DNA of 20,000 nucleotides from an uncultured virus (IMG/VR IMGVR_UViG_3300012983_000043). Lineage: Duplodnaviria; Heunggongvirae; Uroviricota; Caudoviricetes. Below the pieces are notes generated by a model. That model was given only the letters and a program-made list of their open reading frames with translations, did no database searches and had not been told where the DNA came from. The stretch is from the IMG/VR virus record IMGVR_UViG_3300012983_000043; one strand, 5' to 3'. Positions 15,683 through 20,000 of this stretch are shown here, one piece after another (position 1 is the stretch's first letter; each line of letters starts with the position of its first letter). The translations under genes were made by a program, and so were the position numbers.

Positions 15683-15767
15683 AAAACTGTTCAAAATCTG
15701 AACAGTTGAGTGAACAGACTATTCAAATTTTGATATGATTTCCCTGTCAATCATAAAGGAGAAATCT

Positions 15768-15920
15768 ATGAACATCAGTGACATGATCAAGCAGCTTGAA
15801 GAGCTTAAGGCAAAATGGGGAGACATTGAAGTCTGCACGCATGACAGGATGACATACGGCAAGCCATGGCTGACAGTCAACAAGATCTCAGACAGCAAGA
15901 ATGTTGTTGCTGTCAATTGA
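15768..15920 (+). CDS. hypothetical protein MNISDMIKQLEELK...
   Basis: Module at 15706 with RBS; stop lies in the next box. Confidence 0.85.
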   Translation: MNISDMIKQLEELKAKWGDIEVCTHDRMTYGKPWLTVNKISDSKNVVAVN

Positions 15921-15980
15921 GTGAACTCTAGAAAACCGTTTTGATATGATTTCCCTGTCAACCACAAAAGGAGAAAACAA

Positions 15981-16076
15981 ATGAACGAACTTGTTCTTAC
16001 AACATCAATCTTCATCATAATGACGACGATCGTCGGACTTGTGTCTAGCCATTGTGAAACTATTGACCACAAGTAA
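15981..16076 (+). CDS. 31-aa membrane peptide
   Basis: MNELVLTTSIFIIMTTIVGLVSSHCETIDHK; module at 15917 with RBS. Confidence 0.75.
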   Translation: MNELVLTTSIFIIMTTIVGLVSSHCETIDHK

Positions 16077-16087
16077 GGAGAAAAACA

Positions 16088-16306
16088 ATGAAAAAGTCTA
16101 AGCCATCCAAAATGTTCTGGATCCAAATTCCCGGCAAGACCAAGTGGCATGTCAAAGATGATGCTGGAAAAGTTCTGATCCCTAAGGGTTCTACCGGTGT
16201 GTCATTTGCCCCACATCAGTCTAGCAAGGTCTGGACACGCAATTCTGACGGCAAGCAGGTTCATCAGAACGCTTACATGTGGCAGGGCAAGATCTTCAAT
16301 GCATAA
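16088..16306 (+). CDS. small basic hypothetical protein
   Basis: AAGGAGA RBS. Confidence 0.85.
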   Translation: MKKSKPSKMFWIQIPGKTKWHVKDDAGKVLIPKGSTGVSFAPHQSSKVWTRNSDGKQVHQNAYMWQGKIFNA

Positions 16307-16325
16307 GTCTAGAGGCCTATCAACT

Positions 16326-16412
16326 ATGAAAGAAGTTATCTTAGAAGTCCTTGGATCACTTCTAGTAGTGGTCTTGATGGCAGTCTTCACCATCTTGTGT
16401 GCTGCTTGCTGA
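16326..16412 (+). CDS. 28-aa membrane peptide
   Basis: MKEVILEVLGSLLVVVLMAVFTILCAAC; AGAGG upstream. Confidence 0.6.
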   Translation: MKEVILEVLGSLLVVVLMAVFTILCAAC

Positions 16413-16430
16413 CAACAAACATCCTTCACA

Positions 16431-16860
16431 GGTGGCTAGATCTAGCTTCTTGGCATCTATGTTCCTAGGTAGATGTCATCTTGCTAGATCTAGCCACTAG
16501 CTGTATTGTCTGCTTCACCTAGCTAGACAACTAGCTTGCATTCACCTGGTGGGTAGTTTCTAGCTAGCCTTGCTAGCTGGTGGTGTAGTGTCTAGATATA
16601 GTTTCTAGACAAGCTAGCTAGCCGATTTCATATGTAGCTAGCCACTAGCATGTGCAGCAGGAGATGACTTGCTAGCTAGCTATAATATATATCTAGCTAG
16701 GTGCACGTATTCATCTGGCGTCATCTGGCACATGTGGCTAGCTGCACGTGGGCGTATGGCTAGCCACTAGCCGAGCGCTTTATATAGCGGTTTTCTGGAG
16801 CGCGAACGACTAGTCAAAGAGCGTGCGCTTTATAGACTCTAGAGAAAGCGTGCTCTTTGA
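16431..16860. other. CTAG/palindrome-dense non-coding region (candidate origin, terminus or structured element)
   Basis: More than 20 CTAG by eye; three copies of CTAGCCACTAGC; long inverted repeats at 16432-16497 and 16814-16860. Confidence 0.6.
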
Positions 16861-16917
16861 AGCGTGCCCATGCATGAAGTCATGTTTGATTGAATCTATG
16901 TTTTGTGTAAATAAGAC

Positions 16918-17523
16918 ATGAGGTTAACTTTTCAAGTCTATGCATGGTACATTGACAGAAAAAAAATGAAAATGAAAAAGCAATATACAAAGAAGCAGAT
17001 AGTTGAATCCATTAAGTACTGGCAGAGCAGATTAGCAGACTTGAATGAAAGTGAGCTGAGCTATGATTCTCTAGATGATGTCTACGGTGATATAGTAGAC
17101 AACATCATTCCTCAAGACCGTGCACTCAACAGCAAGCTAATGAAACTGTACCAGAGAGAGTTTCCAGACGGCAAGAGATCAGATGATGAATTCACTGAAT
17201 GGACTCTTGACCTAATCGGCCCAGTGTTTGACAGAGTGATGGAAAAGCAGTTGAAGAGCGGCATAGAGCAAGTGCTGAGAATAGACAGCCATGCTAGCAG
17301 CATTCCTGTGCAATGCAGCAGAGACTCACATGTCTTGCAAGCGTGCTTAGACTTCTGCAAGCATGGCGACCTGTACATAGACATCCCTCGCAACATCGCT
17401 GTCTTCTACAATGACGTTGAAAGCATTGTCTTGTTTGAGAAGGGCACAACTCTAGAGCAGATGCTAGTTGAGCTAGACTTGAAAAGAGAGCTTAGGATAG
17501 AGAATGCTAGAGCGGTGAATTGA
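16918..17523 (+). CDS. hypothetical protein, possibly a late/internal virion protein (alternative starts 16966 or 16972)
   Basis: GTAAATA at 16907-16913; N-terminal KKQIVESIKYW...LNES; C-terminal FEKGTTLEQMLVELDL. Confidence 0.8.
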   Translation: MRLTFQVYAWYIDRKKMKMKKQYTKKQIVESIKYWQSRLADLNESELSYDSLDDVYGDIVDNIIPQDRALNSKLMKLYQREFPDGKRSDDEFTEWTLDLIGPVFDRVMEKQLKSGIEQVLRIDSHASSIPVQCSRDSHVLQACLDFCKHGDLYIDIPRNIAVFYNDVESIVLFEKGTTLEQMLVELDLKRELRIENARAVN

Positions 17524-17553
17524 ATTTGAAGAAGTTGATAGTTGGAGAATGAT

Positions 17554-17970
17554 ATGAAGAAGATGAAGAACAGAGAGATGCTGATGGAGCTCAAGAAAGT
17601 TGAGCCAATGTTTGACAAGCTCATCGACGTCGCGCATGAGATGATAGAAAGCACGTTTGATGTTTACTGTTGTGGTGTTGATGACCTTGTAGTTGGAGAC
17701 AAGACTGTTGAAGTGCAGTATGAGTACCATTGCCATGGAGAATATGGACATAGTATAGCGATTGTCCCTATAGAGTGGTTTGATGAAGGCTTTGACTATG
17801 AAGCTGCATACAAAGAGATGAAGCGCAAAGCGCGTGAAGCAGAACAGAAGAAGCTTGAAGCTGAGCGGAAGCGGAAAGCTGCTGCAAAGAAAGCTGCAGC
17901 AGCTCGCAAAGCTAAGAAAGAGTATGAGACATATTTGAAGCTCAAGCAGAAGTATGAGCCTGAGACATGA
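17554..17970 (+). CDS. hypothetical protein with Lys/Ala/Glu-rich helical C-terminus
   Basis: GGAG RBS before the ATG at 17554. Confidence 0.85.
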   Translation: MKKMKNREMLMELKKVEPMFDKLIDVAHEMIESTFDVYCCGVDDLVVGDKTVEVQYEYHCHGEYGHSIAIVPIEWFDEGFDYEAAYKEMKRKAREAEQKKLEAERKRKAAAKKAAAARKAKKEYETYLKLKQKYEPET

Positions 17971-17991
17971 AATCACCAATGAGACAGCAGC

Positions 17992-18324
17992 ATGAACAAT
18001 GGATGGCAAGCAGCAGTTGTAGACTGGGACAGAGCTGAAGCTTCGTACAGGAAGCGCGGCGTGGCTGAGATAGCTGATGCAGTGCTGAATCGCAGCACTG
18101 TTGCGCTGCAAGACGGAGAATTGTGCTGGATAGTGTGTGTTACAATTGAAGATTTCGCATTGAATGAATGCCGGTTCAAGATGAAGAAAGCATATGTGTG
18201 GAGACATGATGAGCAAGAGTACAATTGGCTCATCTTAGAAGCGCTGCATCCGCTTGTGTCTGAGAAAGACATAGTTGAGATGTCTCTGAAGTTCCATGAA
18301 GACTACGGAGAGAAGATGAGATGA
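17992..18324 (+). CDS. hypothetical protein
   Basis: ORF track; ATGA overlap with the next gene. Confidence 0.75.
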   Translation: MNNGWQAAVVDWDRAEASYRKRGVAEIADAVLNRSTVALQDGELCWIVCVTIEDFALNECRFKMKKAYVWRHDEQEYNWLILEALHPLVSEKDIVEMSLKFHEDYGEKMR

Positions 18325-18713
18325 CAGCGAGAATCAAGAACTCAGTGTGCAGCGGTGAAGTCAAGTACTGTCTGAAGATGAGTGAAGGCTGGCGGGGAAT
18401 TCATTCAATGCTTGAAGTAGATGTGCCGATGGATGAAGCAATGAAGTGGCTTGAAGCATTCAACTTCAGCTTACAAGACTTCTCTGAAGCAGTACATGTG
18501 AATGACAGGCGTGTGAGTGCAGTCTTGACATCTGTGTCAGGCTTGGGCACCGGAAGAAAATCTATCTCGCTTGAGTTCTCAATTGTGTCATACATCATTC
18601 CAAGTGTTGAAAGCAGTGATGTTGTTGCTTTCTGGGACAGATTTGTTGAGAAGACAGTAGACAGCATCAGATGCGCAGTTGTTGAGCATGACTTGAACAT
18701 TGCTAGAGAGTGA
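18321..18713 (+). CDS. hypothetical protein
   Basis: ORF track; ATGA overlap with the previous gene. Confidence 0.8.
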   Translation: MTARIKNSVCSGEVKYCLKMSEGWRGIHSMLEVDVPMDEAMKWLEAFNFSLQDFSEAVHVNDRRVSAVLTSVSGLGTGRKSISLEFSIVSYIIPSVESSDVVAFWDRFVEKTVDSIRCAVVEHDLNIARE

Positions 18714-18739
18714 ACTGACGTCTTGTGTGCTCTCTTCAG

Positions 18740-18768
18740 TTTACATGTACTGTGTTCTGGTTTACAAT
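18740..18768 (+). promoter_or_regulatory. sigma70-type promoter
   Basis: TTTACA-17nt-TACAAT upstream of 18796. Confidence 0.6.
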
Positions 18769-18795
18769 AGCAGCTAGAAAGAGAGGCAAGACTTC

Positions 18796-19017
18796 ATGCA
18801 CAACATAGAGATAGAGTGTGATGAATGCAGAATGAGCTTTCCAGAAGACTGCTTAGTAGTTGACGGAAGCTCAACATTGTGCAAGTGGTGCTATAGAAAG
18901 CACATCAAGAAGAGAGCTGAAGATGAGAGCAAGCTGACATATGAAGGCATAGCAAGATTCATCCGCAGAATGAGAGAGATGTCGTCAGATGATGGAGAAG
19001 ACGAAGAAGATGAGTGA
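18796..19017 (+). CDS. small zinc-finger-like protein
   Basis: CDEC...LCKWC; acidic tail; GAGAGG RBS. Confidence 0.75.
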   Translation: MHNIEIECDECRMSFPEDCLVVDGSSTLCKWCYRKHIKKRAEDESKLTYEGIARFIRRMREMSSDDGEDEEDE

Positions 19018-19381
19018 AAGAAAGAAGATTTCATGGACAAAAGCTAAGAAAGTCCTTGACTTCTTAGCTAAGCGTGCTGGACTAGTAAAAACTGCGATAA
19101 AGCCGTATGACGGCGTCTGGTCATTGTGCTTTGAGAGCAATCGTCTTCCAGAGGGCACAAGAGACAATGTTGAGTTCATTTATTCAGACAGTATTCCAGT
19201 GATTGACTTGGGATGTGTTCGCACATCATTGTCATTTGGTGAAGCTTTAGAGAAGATTCTTGACAAGTCAGCAGAAGGGCATGTGATGAAGATGTCATGG
19301 GATGGAAAGACATTTCTAGAACCTCACATGACATTAGAGAAAATAAAGATCATGATGGACTTAGAGACATCAATTGAATGA
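19010..19381 (+). CDS. hypothetical protein with C-terminal FLEPHMTLEKIKIMMDL motif
   Basis: ORF track; start overlaps the end of the previous gene. Confidence 0.8.
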   Translation: MSERKKISWTKAKKVLDFLAKRAGLVKTAIKPYDGVWSLCFESNRLPEGTRDNVEFIYSDSIPVIDLGCVRTSLSFGEALEKILDKSAEGHVMKMSWDGKTFLEPHMTLEKIKIMMDLETSIE

Positions 19382-19406
19382 ACAGCAAGAGAAAGTGAGA
19401 AGCCAT

Positions 19407-19517
19407 ATGTTTGCAGAGATAGTCAGTACAAGTGATGCAGTGATGAGAATTGCAGTTACAATGTGTATAGTGTTTGTTGTTAGCATTGCTTTTGCATGGA
19501 TGACACAAAAGAGATGA
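19407..19517 (+). CDS. 36-aa membrane peptide
   Basis: MFAEIVSTSDAVMRIAVTMCIVFVVSIAFAWMTQKR. Confidence 0.55.
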   Translation: MFAEIVSTSDAVMRIAVTMCIVFVVSIAFAWMTQKR

Positions 19518-19521
19518 TACT

Positions 19522-20000
19522 ATGTTATGCAGTGAGAGAAAGCACGGATTTCTTGGATATGGTTTCTCTGGAAAGAATGCTGATGCTGAGCTGTTTATGT
19601 CCTACGTTGCAGATCCATCTGAGAGGACAAGAATAATGATAGACTTGCACGGTGGAATAGACTTAGATGACATAAAATCTTACAAGACAACAGATGTATG
19701 TTGCCACATATTCACTAAATGTGTATTCTTAGACTTCAAGTTTGACAATTTTTTGACAGCGTGCGAAGACCTCAAGTCGCTTGACAAGTGGTTTGTGTCA
19801 AAGCATTTCATGAATTGTGTCTGGGCTGGAAACATAAGAGGAGACTGGAGCATTCTGTGCCAGCATGAAAATGGAGACAAAGAGCCATATAGAAATAGAT
19901 TCAGGAAGTTCATCTCAAGCTTAGATGAGCGTGGTCTTAGATGGACTGAGAAGTACTTAGCTCCAGACAAGTTCTGGGGACAGAAGAAAGTGTATTGGTG
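19522..20000 (+). CDS. hypothetical protein, runs off the window end
   Basis: Open frame MLCSERKHGF...FWGQKKVYW with no stop before 20000. Confidence 0.75.
   Translation, partial: MLCSERKHGFLGYGFSGKNADAELFMSYVADPSERTRIMIDLHGGIDLDDIKSYKTTDVCCHIFTKCVFLDFKFDNFLTACEDLKSLDKWFVSKHFMNCVWAGNIRGDWSILCQHENGDKEPYRNRFRKFISSLDERGLRWTEKYLAPDKFWGQKKVYW

Larger units (their letters stand above)
12433..15950 (+). repeat. Array of 10 rightward promoter-leader modules of the same family
   Basis: TTGAGTGAA at 12433, 12908, 13269, 13791, 14350, 14573, 14859, 15185, 15706 and 15917. Each is followed 16 nt later by a TGATATAAT-like element, then AAGGAGA and ATG. Confidence 0.93.

Noticed and set aside
680..15950. 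CRISPR array interpretation of the repeats
   Set aside because: Intervals are about 200-1800 bp, irregular and protein-coding. The repeats contain -10 and RBS motifs, and no cas genes are present.
680..15950. Integron attC sites (GTTGAGT matches GTTRRRY)
   Set aside because: There is no consistent upstream RYYYAAC or attC-type hairpin. The TCAAC half lies downstream (wrong order), and no integrase is in the window.
16431..16860. Gln-rich gene hidden by TAG recoding
   Set aside because: TAGs occur in palindromes on both strands and in mixed frames, and no convincing protein-like frame was seen.
1..20000. tRNA (including suppressor), rRNA, integrase or transposase genes
   Set aside because: No recognisable cloverleaf or catalytic motifs were seen by eye; tRNAscan-SE and HMM searches would be needed to exclude them.

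Overview
This window looks like the early or accessory ('host-takeover') region of a large bacteriophage. It holds about 55 short, mostly hypothetical ORFs and no structural, replication, rRNA or tRNA genes. Its dominant structure is an array of about 34 copies of one promoter-leader module: TTGAGTGAA-N16-TGATATAAT, then a TGTCAAC leader or a GC stem-loop, then an AAGGAGA RBS. Each copy usually drives only one to a few small genes. The modules point left from 0.7-12.4 kb and right from 12.4-16.0 kb, diverging from a 13-bp inverted repeat at 12410-12442. Eight genes take their stop codon from the next module, which suggests shuffleable gene cassettes. Two otherwise continuous genes (4376-4975 and 7869-8174) contain in-frame TAG codons, suggesting TAG reassignment (probably to Gln, code 15). 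Other features are two winged-helix-like genes at back-to-back promoter pairs, three gene-less antisense promoters, a duplicated ~185-bp intergenic element with an inverted hairpin loop and an anti-SD tail, and a ~430-bp CTAG/palindrome-dense non-coding region at 16.43-16.86 kb. Product calls come from motif reading only; no database searches were run.
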